From Octopus vulgaris (Eukaryota), in NCBI GenBank assembly GCA_951406725.2, contig OX597822.1, positions 88,660,001 to 88,724,000 of the forward strand: a DNA stretch of 64,000 bases. The letters are read 5' to 3'. The notes below the pieces were generated by a model that made no database searches, was not told where the DNA came from, and saw only the letters and a list, made by a program, of their open reading frames with translations. Positions within the stretch are counted from its first letter, which is position 1; each line of letters begins with the position of its first letter. Both the position numbers and the translations under genes were made by a program. Below are positions 1 through 13,370 of this stretch, one piece after another.

Positions 1-103
1 CATTATCATCATCATCATTATCATCATCATCAATAACACCAATTACAAAACCAATCTTAGTACTAGCAGTAAGGGCAATAGAAAGAAGGATAGTTCTCAT
101 TAC

Positions 104-268
104 CTCTTCATCATCTGTTCTGGTGGAAACAGTGCCAGCCTCACCATCTGCACTCATGGAAATGGCATCATCCTTGTCATCTGAAGTTATACAAGTGGTG
201 TCATCTTCACTGTCTTTGCTTTTAGACTTGAAGTCTTTACTGTCATTGCAACTAGATGGTAAATCCAT
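104..268 (-). CDS. First coding exon of an unidentified gene with an acidic, Ser/Asp-rich N-terminus; the gene continues off the left edge
   Basis: Exon 319..104 is bounded by a T-rich tract plus tttacAG and by GAG|GTAATG. An in-frame TAA lies upstream of the ATG at 268. The 55 codons read MDLPSSCNDSKDFKSKSKDSEDDTTCITSDDKDDAISMSADGEAGTVSTRTDDEE. No family recognised. Confidence 0.7.
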
Positions 269-1190
269 AGCTAGAGCTCTTGTAGTAGCTTCCCTGAGAA
301 TCAATCTTTAAGCAAGGTACTGTAAATAAAAAAAAAGGATTAAATAATGTTTTTTTTTTTCTCTAGTCAGGATTCTTAACTTTCCAATATTTAGTCCATA
401 TTTCCTGCTTTTTAATTATTTTAAATCTGAATAGAGTACATCATCTTATATCTTTATCAAACGTGAAACTTTATTAAATCATGTTGAGTCTGGAGAGAAT
501 CATATTGTCTTAATGCCTTATCTACCCCACCCACTGATTCGATTTCCTCTCATTTATTATTTATATTTTTTCTTCCAAAATTTTCGTTGCTTTTGCAACC
601 TTGTCAATGGATGCTGACTCTGTTATTGGAGCTGCATTCATTTTTGTCTGCTAGTGTATATACATATGTATGTGTGTGTGTATATGCATATATGTATGTT
701 TGCATATGTGTACATATGTGTGTGTATGTATGTATGTATTCTGCAAATTCATGTGTTTGTGTGTGCATGTTTGTATGTATGTGTGTATTCAGGTCTCCTT
801 GTGTGTGCAGGTTTGAATATATCTATGCATATGGATTTGAGTGACCATGTACATGCATCAATTATGTATGGATGTGGGTCGTCATATGTGTCTTTGTGTG
901 TATGCATGTGTGTGGAGTGTGTGTGTATATGATCATGTGCTTCCATCTCCTTTTGTGTATGTATGTGTGTCTTGTCTGTCCATATTACCTATGCACCTAT
1001 CTATGCATTTATCCAAGCATCTGACAGACCTATCACTCAGACAAATACAAGAGTACATCCTCATAAATGAAACTATTTAGTATGGAACAAGTTTCATTTA
1101 TGAGGAAATATACATAGGAGGTAGTGATACCACAATATCCACAGAATATACATACATTTGCTAGTAGGCTGTTATGTAGGCATATATATA

Positions 1191-1396
1191 TTAATAGGGA
1201 AAGTCATTTTATGGGATTACCTTGGGTTTCCTGTCCATTAAGGGTTTAGCTTTTTGGAATATTGTGAAACCCCAAAACCTGCTGGCCTAAGACCTCTTCA
1301 ACCAACAGGTTTTGGGGTCTAACAATATGGCATAAAGCTAAACCCTTTATGGACAGGAAACCCAGGATAATCCCATAAACTGGCCTTCCCAATTAG
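1191..1396. mobile_element. Palindromic (foldback) MITE-like element
   Basis: Arms of ~95 bp (ttaatagggaaagtcattttatgggattacc...aaaacctgctgg versus ccaacaggttttgggg...cccataaactggccttcccaattag) are near reverse complements around a short spacer. Confidence 0.7.
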
Positions 1397-1459
1397 AGTG
1401 TACTTCTTCTCCAGATTTACGTTTTCTACAAACTAAAGATATATATATTTATATATATA

Positions 1460-2915
1460 CAGGGATACCATGGCTTAAGTCGTTCTCAAAGATACGACAG
1501 TTTTCTAAAATAATATATGGCAAAATAAAAATCAAGTTAAGTTGTTTTACTCAACTTTACATCAGTCCGCCAATAATATTGGAATCATAAAAATGCTAAA
1601 AAACATTAAAAGCACATAAAATCATGTTACAATAAATAAAAATAAAAGCTTATACAATCCTATTAAAATACAGTAAATGCTAAAATACACATCATAAAGT
1701 AGTGCACCCTAAGTTCACTAAAGCATGAAATCAGCTGTATTGTCTTATTTATCTTTCAGAGCTCGTATTGAACTGGTAGCTCCAATATCTACCATAGGCA
1801 TCGTCCTGATTCCCACAATTGTATTGAATTCAGATTTGTTTGCATCTGTTTATCATTTAGATTCTCTCATTTACATCCATTTGCAACTTAAATTTTTGCC
1901 CCCATTCCTCCTAAGAAAACTCCTGGTGAAAGTGCTAAGTGTCATGCTATAACACTGGAGGATAAGTTGGTGATGATAAAACGCCATGGTTAAGATGAAA
2001 AAGTAGTAGTGATTGCATAATCTTTTGGGGTGAGTTGGACAAGATTTTAACACATATCACGTCTGACACCCCAGAACTGAAGAACATTGTCATCAACAAG
2101 AGGCAAAATCTTTGAAGAAATGTAAAGTCTTCTATCTATTTGGATTGATAGGCAGAATCGTCAAAATGCTACTCTTAGTCAAGAAATTGTTCAGAAGAAA
2201 GCATTGTCTTTGAGGACCTGAAGAAAAAATATCAAGATGAGAAAGATGTAGAGTTCAAGGCAAGTCAAGGATGGTTTGTAAGATTTAAAAACCAGAAAAG
2301 TTATCACTTCTTTAAGAAGCAAGGTGAAAGTGCATCAGCTGACAAACATGCAGCAATGGAATTTCCTGCAACATCAAAGATCATCGAAGAAAATGAGCAA
2401 CAAAATAAAGAAGAGCAAGTCGAGCCTGAGCCACACCACTTCACCATGAAGAAAATGCAGCAAACATTTGCACACACTGAAAAATGTCTTGCTATGTTTG
2501 AAGATATGGATCCAAATGCTCAACACTTTTTCAAGAATATGGAGGTTTGTCACAAAGCTTCTGCTCCTTATAACATAATCCTCAACAAAAAGAAGACAGT
2601 TCAAGGCACCCTTGATCAGTTTTTTAAATGCACTGAACGACAAGAACTGCCAGAATCAACTGTTGATGTTGAGGATCCTCACCCATCTACAATGTAAACG
2701 CCACCAAATTTCATGTATTGGTAAATTTAAAATACTTTTTTTTTTTTTTACTTTATAACTAAATAATAATTATTTGTTTGTAAGCTTAAAATAGGTTTTT
2801 TATTAACCGTGTCTTATTGAAAATGCATTCATAAATAAAGTACAGCACTGGGGAATGGCTATTAGCAATGTAAATATCACCAAATTGTATGTATTGGTAA
2901 ATTTAAAATACTTTA
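1460..2915 (+). mobile_element. Degraded Tigger/pogo-family DNA transposon with internal deletion
   Basis: Disrupted frames give AITLEDKLVMIKRH (N-terminal HTH), EFKASQGWFVRFKNQK...QGESASADKHAAMEF (CENP-B-type HTH of Tigger transposases) and C-terminal KKTVQGTLDQFFK. It starts ta|CAGGGATACC. Boundaries are approximate. Confidence 0.75.
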
Positions 2916-2924
2916 GTGTTTTTA

Positions 2925-4195
2925 TTGTATTACATGGTGTGTATCACAATTGCTACTTATAGTCTTTGTTCGATGTTTTAGACATTGAGCAGTCCCTCTC
3001 CTTACACTGTATGGATGGTGGGAGTTGAAGTTGAGGTATCTCCCAGTGAAGGTCGGTTTGTGGTATATGGATGTCCTGCATCCATATTTCATGTGTGTTA
3101 TTAATACGTCCAGGAATGCCAGCTGACTGTCTATTTCCTTTTCCATTGTGAACTGTATGAATGGCTTTATTGAATTCACATGATCTTGGACATCTTCCTG
3201 GTGGGGCCAGAGTATAAAGGTGTCATCAACATATCACAGCCATAGGGTTGGTTTTAGTGGTGTTGATCCTAAAGCCAAATTCTCAAAGCATTCCACGTAT
3301 ATATTGGCTATTATCGGTGATAATGGTGAACCCATAGCTAAACCCTCTTCTTGTCAATATATATCAGTGTCCATACTGAAGTAGGTAGTTTCTATACAGA
3401 AGGTCAACATTTCCAACAAGTTTCCTATTGGTATACTAGTGCGTTCTTTTAGATGGGTGTTTGTCACTAGATTTTCTTGAATTACCGATAGTGCTTCACC
3501 AGGTGGGACTTTGCTGAACAGACTTATCACATCCCACCATCCATACAGTGTAAAGAGAGGGATTGCTCAGTGCCTAAAACATCGAGCAAAGAATATAAGT
3601 AGCAATCGCGATACACACCATGAAGAAATGGTCAAGCTCAGTAACAATCTATTAAGCAACAACTACCCCCAAAACATACTATCCACTCCAATTATGAAGA
3701 AAAGAGAGGATGAAACCAATAAACTGTCCACAGTCTGTCTACCCGATGTGAAAGGCCTCTCTGAAAAGATACAAAAGATATGCAGCCCATATGACATCAG
3801 GACAGTATTCAAGAGTAATACAACACTTCGCAAATATTTCCTTCAGGTAAAACCACCAATAGAAGAGAATATGACCAAAAACTGTGTGTACTCCATCCCA
3901 TGCAGCTGTGGTAGATTATACAAAGGTGAAACATGCAGCCCCCTCAAAATAAGGATAGAGGAACATCACAAAGCTGTGACATGAGAAGATACTGATAAAT
4001 TGGGTATAGCCGATCATGTATAGAAAAATGGAGACCTCCCAGTGGAAAATACGAAAATTAAAAGAAGCAGCATATATGCTACGACACAACAACCTCCTAA
4101 GCAGATTGAGTGCAGATATGAATAGCATATGGGAACCGGTATTAAGGAAGGATAGGAAAATATTAGATTTATAAGCCCTAAAATCCACTCCATAA
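2925..4195. mobile_element. Penelope-like retroelement remnant in two oppositely oriented pieces
   Basis: Minus 3533..2925 carries RT motifs DVISLFSKVP, GLAMGSPLSPIIANIY, YVDDTF, FTMEKE...LAFLDV and YHKPTFTGRYLNFNSHHP. Plus 3532..~4195 carries the RT C-terminus and GIY-YIG endonuclease (CVYSIPCSCGRLYKGET...RIEEH). Confidence 0.85.
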
Positions 4196-4202
4196 TTGCC
4201 CA

Positions 4203-4337
4203 GGGGCATATGATGTAATGGTTAAGAGCACAGGCTACTAACTCCAAAATTCCAAGTTCAATTCCAGGCAGTGACCTGAATAATAATGATAATAATAACA
4301 TCAAAAAATACCTTATGAATGAGAACCCAGGTTCAAA

Positions 4338-4338
<1 letters not shown>
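4203..4338 (+). mobile_element. tRNA-derived SINE head, truncated and degraded
   Basis: ggggcatatgatgtaatggttaagagc (A-box-like) and aagttcaattccaggc (B-box-like), followed by (AAT)n. No intact cloverleaf. Confidence 0.5.
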
Positions 4339-4373
<35 letters not shown>

Positions 4374-7300
4374 TGTATGTGAATATGTATGTGTGTCATA
4401 TGTGGGCCTGTTTGTCTACATTTGCATTGTAATGTACAACCTACAAGTGGTAGTGTTGTCAGTTACCCTGTCAACAAATCTGATCACTTTTTACCTTGGA
4501 AGCTGTATAGGAATAAAAGATTCCTTACTAGAAAAACGGGTAAGGGTTGGCAACAAGAAGGACATCCAACTATAAAATAATGCCTGACTAACATTATTCA
4601 TCTAACCTATGCTAGCATGGAAAAACGAATAAGAAAGCAAAAAGGCTCTGATGATAGCCCATCTCAATACAAGTCTGATTCCAAGAAGGAATCCTTACTG
4701 AATTTATTCTTAGTGAAAGCAAATTATTATAGGTCCATGCTGGTTCAAAAATCAATAGAAGCAAATGCATATCACATGCTACATACTGTTTCAACTCTCT
4801 CAACTCTGTGAATACTAGAACTTGTATCTTTGTGAGAAATCAATACCATCCAAGATAATTTATTAATATACGCCATTGCGAAATGAAGAAAAGCATAAAA
4901 CTGATAGCTTAGGGAGAATTGCTATCAAAAATTAAAATTGATTGTTTAATGTAAAGTTGCATTAATGTTGAATATTGTTATTTTATGCAAATATAGTTGA
5001 AATAATAAGAAAATAAAATGGTTTCCTGAAGAGTGGAATCAATAAGATATTTCATTTGATTATAGCAAATGGAATGGTGAATGCCTTTGTGTTATAGTAA
5101 GCTCAGTGTAAACTAAAATTAAACAATTTAATTTTAAAATACTACTACTTCACTTTGTATACATTGCAAATCCTCTTGACAAATGTACAAATATATTACA
5201 ACAAATTATTTTGCCTTCCCTAAAAGCTTAAAATTTTATCTGCTTAAGCACAGTACTGATATGTACCTTATTCCTTTACAGTTTTCTTCAGAGATATCAA
5301 TAAAAAAAAATCTCCAAATTTCGACCTTTAATTCCAATATATTATTGACATTCAGTTATTTCATCAATTGCCACAAGGAAATAAAGATTAACCAAGTTTC
5401 TTAAAACTGGAATGTAACACTGAAACCTTACTTAAGAAATATTTGATCATTTGTATGTCATTCTATCACTTCACTATTAACTCACCACCACCCATACCTA
5501 CCAGAGACAATTTTTAACTCCTTAAAATAACAAACATCATTGTAATCACTCAATCCAATAAAGAGCTTCTGCATTTTCGTTTGACCTGCTAGAAATAGCA
5601 ACCAAAGTCGCCTTCAAACCACAACCTACCGTTTAAAAAAAAAAAGGAAAATATATCTAATAGTGTAGTCCTAGATACACTATGGTTGAAAAATAGACGT
5701 GGTCACAGGAAATATGTTTAATCACAAATCTGTTAGATGAGAGCTGACCTGGGGCTAAACAATAAAGATAGTAATAACAATGCACTTAATATTTCCCTTT
5801 TTCTCCTGCTAAACTGAGATGAATGTTGCATGAAGTTTCTATGGAATACAATCACAGGAATTTGAAGAGATGAGTGGTAAAAGCGAAAAATATACGTCGT
5901 TTTCATCTTTTACCTTTCGGTATTATTTGATCCTTTTACCCGCAAGATTTTCACCAAGAAAAAAAAAACTGTGATTTTTTTTTTGCGTGGAATCAAATAC
6001 CCTGAAATTTACCAATCTTTCTATAGTCGGATGTCCTTCCTGCTTTAAACCTCTTGACATATCAACTTTAGCTTCAACCTTTGTGCAACGGAAATATATA
6101 TTTAATAATTTAAACAATGGTAAATATAATTAAAATGTAATAATCCGCTTGATCGAAAGTAATCGAAAAATATATATATATATTGTAAATTAACCTATTA
6201 CTTTGCTTCTGAACATAGGATGTGATGGTCAACACTTTTCTATTGTTGTTGAGACCCAAGTCAGCCCTGTTCGAGCATATCAAAGATGATAAAAGCCATT
6301 GACCATCCCGTTTTTTAACATCGTCCAATCTTCATTTTTTTAAGAGACAATGTTTGACTTAATGTAATTTAACTGTTCTTTCAAGTAAGTCGATAGTTTA
6401 CCTAGTGGCTTCATCGTACTGACTGTAATTAAACAGTTGTTAAAGTAAAACTTACAGAAAAATTAATTTTATTACCAGAAATGTAATAAAAGCAGATCCT
6501 AAGACCTAGTTTTCTTTAACGAGGTAATTCTAATACGATTTAAAAAATATCCTAGAATCAACTTATATAATTACATTAAATTATAGCTTATATAATTATA
6601 TATTATAGTATACAGAATGAACATGAATAAAATTTTAACTCAATGCTCAATACGCTTGGTGATGTTTCTGGAAAATATAAAAAGTAATTCTAATGTGAAC
6701 CGTGTTTACATTTTGGCCAGGATATACGTAACGTGTCGTTTTTACTTCTACTGATATCAAAATAGCTCTAAATTTATTTACAGTTGAATGATTACGTATA
6801 ATTGACTTTTTTAAACTATTGTTCAATACAATTAATTAAATTTAAAAGATTCTAGGTTAATACTTGGCGACGAGTGTTTGGCAAATACTGAACCATTAAC
6901 AACAACATACCCATACCCGAGGAGAGAAATCTGGCATACAATTCAGTAATGAAGAAATAATTTTCCATACCTTGATCCGTTACAAATACCACTCATACTT
7001 TATACATTGTCACCATTTATAATAATAAAACAGAACATTTGTTGCTTAATGAACGCCTCTACATCACTAAATATTCCAAAGAACTTAGGACTCATTCAAG
7101 TCATGTGACTAGAAATCGTAACGGAGTTATTCCCCTTCATTCCTCAATAATTGTTGCTGGTCTCTATTACGCCTTTGGTCTACCTCGATAATCCAGCCTT
7201 CATATCTTATTTTTAGAAGTAATATATCCAGAACCATATTATCTAATGTATCTTATCTTGTCTATCACAGCAGAATGTGGTTTTAAAGATATTTGGCTGC

Positions 7301-7689
7301 TATTTCCATAGGTAGACCCACCCACTTGAGCTCTCCCTCTAGCTTACAATACAATTGTATTTTATCAGATGCAGCAGGTCCGTTTATCTATTTATTTTAG
7401 AAACCCAATGCAGACTCTCCAGGTCAGATCAGACCGAAACGGTTGTTGCTCAGTTTGAACATCTGCAAAGAGTCATCTGCAGGAAACTGAGTAGAACGGT
7501 AATCCGTAGGATGAATATTCCTAACAACAGAAGTGTGCCCGCGACTTTGTTGCTTCATGACGTTTTGAGAAATAGATTTTTCATGAAATTTTCTACAAAT
7601 TCCTTTCAGATAGTACAGATTGCGATTACATTGGGACTTGATTTGAACAACTAGGAGAATGGATATTACATGCATCTCGACTTTGTTTC

Positions 7690-7751
<62 letters not shown>

Positions 7752-7914
7752 GATCTATATATGTATATACACATACATAGCTGTACATATACATACACAC
7801 ATATATAAACATAGATGTATATAAATACGTAGATGTGTATATATATATATATATATAATACATATATAGATGTGTGTATATATGTATGTGTATATGTATA
7901 TATCGATGTATGTA

Positions 7915-9250
7915 TGAGGGACAGAGCGTTGGACCATGGGAATGCCCTTCATGACTTCCTGACCGGCGGTCCGCGTATCTCGGCACGAGAGGCTGAGCGT
8001 TGTGAAGGGCTAATCACAGCTGAGGAGGTTATAGAGGTGCTTTCCGAGTGCCCGGGGGACAAATTGCTGGGATTGGATGGTCTACCGTGCGAATTTTATA
8101 AAAATATGCCAGACTTCTTCGGGAACATACTGGCCGGTTTTTACGCAAACTGGCAGCAGAATGGGAGAATTCCCAAATCTGTGAGCCGGGGAGTGGTAAC
8201 ACTGACCAAGAAGGACCCAAACAAGGGGGATATTATTAATAATTTCAGGCCCATAACTCTGCTAAACACAGAGTTTAAAATTTTGGCCAAGGTGTTAGCC
8301 AAGAGAGTGAGGCTTGTCGTGGGCGACCTGGTGGGAGAGGCGCAGACATGCGCCATCCCAGGAAGGACGATACATAACAATCTTCACCTCATTCGCTACA
8401 CCATAGAGCGGGTTAGTAAAGTTCCTGGCAAGGATGGGGCATTGGTGAATTTAGACCAGTCTAAGGCATTCGATAAAGTTGACCATCGGTAACTGGCGGC
8501 GGTCGGACTGGGCCCGACTTTCTGTGGCTGGATCAATGCTATGTATAGAGACATCGAGTCCATTGTCCGGGTGAACGGCTTCTCGAAACCATTCGCGATC
8601 GAGCGTTCAGTATCCCAGGGTTTCCCCCTTTCCTCGCATCTGTATGTAGTGGCTCTTGATCCGCGTGATCTATGTTACTGTAGAGGAGCGACGGTGTATG
8701 CGGATGATGTCACCTTCATCGTGTCTGATGAAGGGCAGCTACCTCATGTAGAAGACACCATCAAAAGATACGAAGCTGTACCAGGAAAAATCAGTCGGCT
8801 TGCAACTCGGCACCTGAAGAGGCAAGTTGATGCCTCCCAACAGCGTCGTAGGACGGAGGGCCCAGTTAAACTGTTCGGAGTCTGGTTTGGGCCAGATCTC
8901 AAGATGGAGGAAAACTGGAGCGAGGTCACAAGCAGGGTGACTGCCCTAACCCAGATCTGGTCTGGGAGAATGTTATCCTTGCTAGGGAGGGCGGAGGCTG
9001 CACAAGTATTTATAGCATCTGTGATAATCTACTGCCTAACAGTCGTGTCCTGCCCCAAGTTGTGGATGATCAAGTTGGAACGGCTCCTATTTCGCTTTTT
9101 GCGGAGGGGGAAGTCACCACTTGTGAGGCGCTCCATGATGATACGCTGAGGGTGAACAGGTGTGCTCACTGCACATTAAGTTCCTTTTTCCATAATTAAC
9201 GTCCCTGCAGGACTTAGGCCTATTCATTAGACGTAGACCTAGGGAATTCG
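7915..9250 (+). mobile_element. L1/Tx1-clade non-LTR retrotransposon ORF2 fragment (reverse transcriptase), pseudogenised
   Basis: ORFs 7833-8492 and 8541-9149 contain GLDGLPCEFY, NFRPITLLNTEFKILAKVLA, QTCAIPGRTIHNN, NLDQSKAFDKVDH, SVSQGFPLS and YADD, with stops and frameshifts. GC content is higher than the flanks. Confidence 0.88.
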
Positions 9251-12200
9251 TTGACAAGTTTCTTTCATTTACTTTTTTCGTATCTTTTAAATTTATTTAC
9301 GGTACACCCACGTATTTTTTTCTTCGTCCGGTTTGTGGGCTGCTTAAACTCATGGGCCTTGGACCGCTGCCCTGGCTGACCCACCTCTTCTCAGTGGGAC
9401 TATATATATATATGTGTGTGTGTGTGTGTAACGGTTAGTTCTTCGTTGCAATCGTGGGTCACCAATTTGTAATGGTTGTTGTTAAGGTGTTGGTTGGCAG
9501 TGTGCAAGATAGAAGAAGAACAGGGATTAAAGTTGTAAAGAAATATTTATTTACCGTTACTTTAACGACGGGCAGGTGTGTGTATCATATAAAAACAATA
9601 GAGTTATCTTTTCTTACATGTTGCTGTTTATGTTTGGTCAACTGCTACCTGCCTAACTAGTTAGGTAGAGTGAATGTTAAGTGTAGGAAGTCGATAAAAT
9701 GATACCTTCATTGAGCCTGACATTTAAACCGCAGTGGTGTTGTGATAAGATACTGTATCATAGTTGACATTCTCACTGTAAGCCTCTCTCAGTTGAATTA
9801 TCTCACTAACTGGAATCTGCCTGCGGTCGCCTCTGCGTCATCTTTTTACCAACTCTTTTTTTTTTTTTCCTACGGTGTTTTAGATTTTATAATTATCCAA
9901 AACTATTTAGGAGAGATATATTGTTGAGAACAATGAATTTCGTTGGCAGTCTGTTATCTCTAGTCTAGCTTTTGGTGACCTAGAAATGGTTAGAAAGGTC
10001 AAGTGGCAAAGACATTATTCTGCTTAGCGAAGGCATCTGGCAAATGTAACTGTTGTCACTCACAGAAAAACTATTATTTTACTATGAGAAAAGTGCTGTT
10101 GAACAGTTAGGTGAAATTTTGCTATCGAGGATCGAACCCACGCCTTACCTGCATGAACCACTGCATATTTATATATATATATAAGTGTATGTGTGTTTGC
10201 AAATGGACTATTCCCGAACGAAGCATCTTCGAAAAAGCCTTCTTACACTCTACAACACATCTTAAAAATTCCGACGTTTGTTTTATACTAAGAGATTAGT
10301 ATTTATATTAGTTCTTAAAATGTCCTAAATTTAAATTAATAAGACATATAAAGCTCACTTGAAAAAAATTTTTGGATTGGAGATAACCCAAGTTTTTAGT
10401 GAGGAGATAACCAAAAAGTACCTATTTGTCTAATAACTATTAGTTCTCAACTAATTCAACCTACTACTAGTAGTTATTTCTGAGGCTTACTACTACAAAT
10501 TCCTGACCGATATGTGAATTCAACAGAAAAATTTATCTGATTTTCTATAATTCTAAATAACCGGGTAGGTTCGTGAAATTTGAGACTAGTTATACATTAA
10601 AATAAGAACATAATAAATTTTAGGTGTGCTGTTAACAACATTTTAATTGCAAGCCCATATATTCCTCATTCCTCAAAATTCTTAACTGGCTAACCAACAA
10701 ACGATATTTGGCGAAAGTTAAGAACGAATTTCAAAAACATAATTTGCAAGGATTGTAACAATACAACTGGAACTAGAAACTGAGTCTCGTCTCGTGAATG
10801 AGATTTGTATTGGTTGTCGATGTGAAAGTTATAAAATCCTTTCAATATATGATGGTATTTTTTAAAAATTTATTTATGGTATTTAATTACTATTTGAATA
10901 TAACATAAATAATAATAATAATAAAAATAAGTTCATATAATGTAAACTTTCCCGACATGCAATATGTTATATTCTTATAAAACCACCGTCACTCGCATCT
11001 CTTCCTTTCCTCTCTGCTTTCTCTTCTTCATTTCTTTTCTCCATTTTTTTTCTCTCCTCTCATTTCCTTTCCTTTCCTTCTCTTCTCTATTTTGCTTCTT
11101 TTACCTAACTTGATACATTTTGATCTTATTTGATCGACTTAACGGTCGAATTGATGATATCCGTCTCCCGAGTCTGTTTTAGACACTGAGGGGAAGTTTA
11201 ATGGAAATGATGTAGTTTAGAATGGATAAGCTAACCTCTCAGGAATGTTGCTTCCCTTTTTGGTTGAGGCATGCCTGTTGGGAATGAGCTGAATATAATT
11301 CTGATCCTCACAAACTTCCTCCTTATTTCTAAAACTCGGCACCTGTTCTAGTTGAAGAGTTTAGGTGAGTCCTAAAGTTTCGAGCGGGGTCTGACCTCCG
11401 TTTGTAGGCCTCCGCACACCATCACTAGTTTCTTCGGGTTATAGGGTATTTTTTTATTTCCATGTTGAATTGTATTTCACTTCATACTATTGTTTTGTCG
11501 GTACCCCATTAACATCTCATAACTTGACGAGTTTGAGCTCTACACGCGGGAACTCATATACAAAAAAATCATTTCTCTGCTGCATTATCATCTTCATTTA
11601 AATCATCATTATCAAATGCTTTAGATATTATCCTATTTAATTAGTATACTCTTTACTCTTTTACTTGTTTCAGTCATTTGACTGCGACCATGCTGGAGCA
11701 CCGCCTTTAATCGAGCAACTCGTTAAAAGAATAAATCTAAGATAATTTTGATCATAAAATATTCAGTTCTACTTTACTGGCAATATTTAATGATTATAAC
11801 CTTTCAATTTGTTGATTATTTTAAATGCAAATATCAAAAAATTACCACAATCCGTTTCATAGGATCAAGAAAACCCAGTACTAAAATAGTTTTTACACAG
11901 TTTTGATATTGAAATATTACTCATAACACTAAATGTAACATTAAAAGACCATTATATGTACATAAAACGAAAGCTGGCAAAATAAAATGAGTCGACAGTT
12001 GGAACGTCTTTAATAACCAGGCTTAGAACTAAACACTGTTCACATATTTTGTGATAGCTTTCTACACAAATGTAATGCTATGAAAAGTTATGGCTAGATA
12101 ATTGGAATAACTGTTGAAATTACATTTCCCATGAGAAAACTCTGTCATTATCTTACCTATGAGTAGACATTTCAGTTTTTGGTAAATTTTCACCATTACA

Positions 12201-13370
12201 TCCATCTCATGAGACAGGAGTAATCCCTGATCGGTGGGCTTTCAGAATAGCTATCACTAGTGGAAAGCAATTGGGTGATTGTTTCCTTCTGTGAAATAAT
12301 TTTTCTTCTCTTATTCCGTGACATTTTCTAGTAAATTTTTACTATTACAAGTGTAATAGTAAAAATTTACCCACTCTTTTCAAATGTGCTTTTTTTATGA
12401 CTAACATATATGAGGGTAAGGTAGCAGCTGTTTCTAGCAGGTTGAATGATTTGGTGTAAGTGGTATTGACAATATAACCATTCTAGTTGTCTTGGATCTA
12501 AGAAGACTATCATCATCGTCATTGTTTAACATCCTCCTTCCATGCTGGCATGGGTTGGACAGAGGCTGCACCATACTTCTGTTTTGCCATGGTTTTTACA
12601 GCTGGATACACTTCCTAACACCAACCACTCTGCAGAATGGACAGTGCTTTTTATGTGGCACCAGCATAGGCGAAGTCAGTTTTGGCATGGTTTTTACAGC
12701 TGGATGCCCTTCCAAGTTCCAAACACTTTACAGTGTGGACAATGCTTTTAAGTGGAACCTGCACTGACAGGGTCACCAAGTAACTTTGCAAGATGAGGAG
12801 TCTTTGAGAGGGGAGGAGATGATCTTGTGCTAGATGAATGGTTAAGAGTATGACAGAAACATGTCTCTTGCTTCAGAGGAGGTACATGGTTACCCAGAGG
12901 GAGGGAGAGTTAACAAGAGGACAGAAAACAAGTGCTGATGTGAAGGAGATACATGATTTCCTAGCCAAAGGTAAGAGCAATCAAGAATGAGGGAAGAAAC
13001 AGGTGTGTTGTTGTAGAGGAGATACACGGTTACCCAGCCAGAGGGAAGATCAATTAGTTAATTTTTATTAATGTTATAGACTTTCTTGATGGTGAGCCTG
13101 GCTCTTTGGGGAAATGTATAGGTGTTGGTGGTGGTAATAGTAATGAAGACTCTTTTCTGCTCTCCCTCTCTAGTATTAGACCCCATCTCCATACAGCCAT
13201 TATTACCAAATGGTATGACCAGCAACAACAGACTGATCTTGCATTTCCTCAAAGCATTTCAGTTCTCCAGTTAAATGTTAAACACAGGACTTTATAAGCC
13301 ATTCTTGGGAACAACCAACGTAAGTGTATTCTTTTCATGTGTCCCAGTTACTATATTTGATGTTAGCTAA

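Noticed and set aside
587-1080. C/V/Y/M-rich ORFs, also near 7700, 25090, 32050 and 58960
   Set aside because: They derive from degenerate (TG)n/(TA)n repeats.
7355-7675. Overlapping 99-aa and 83-aa ORFs
   Set aside because: No recognisable motif, a non-ATG start for the plus ORF, and no convincing splice partners.
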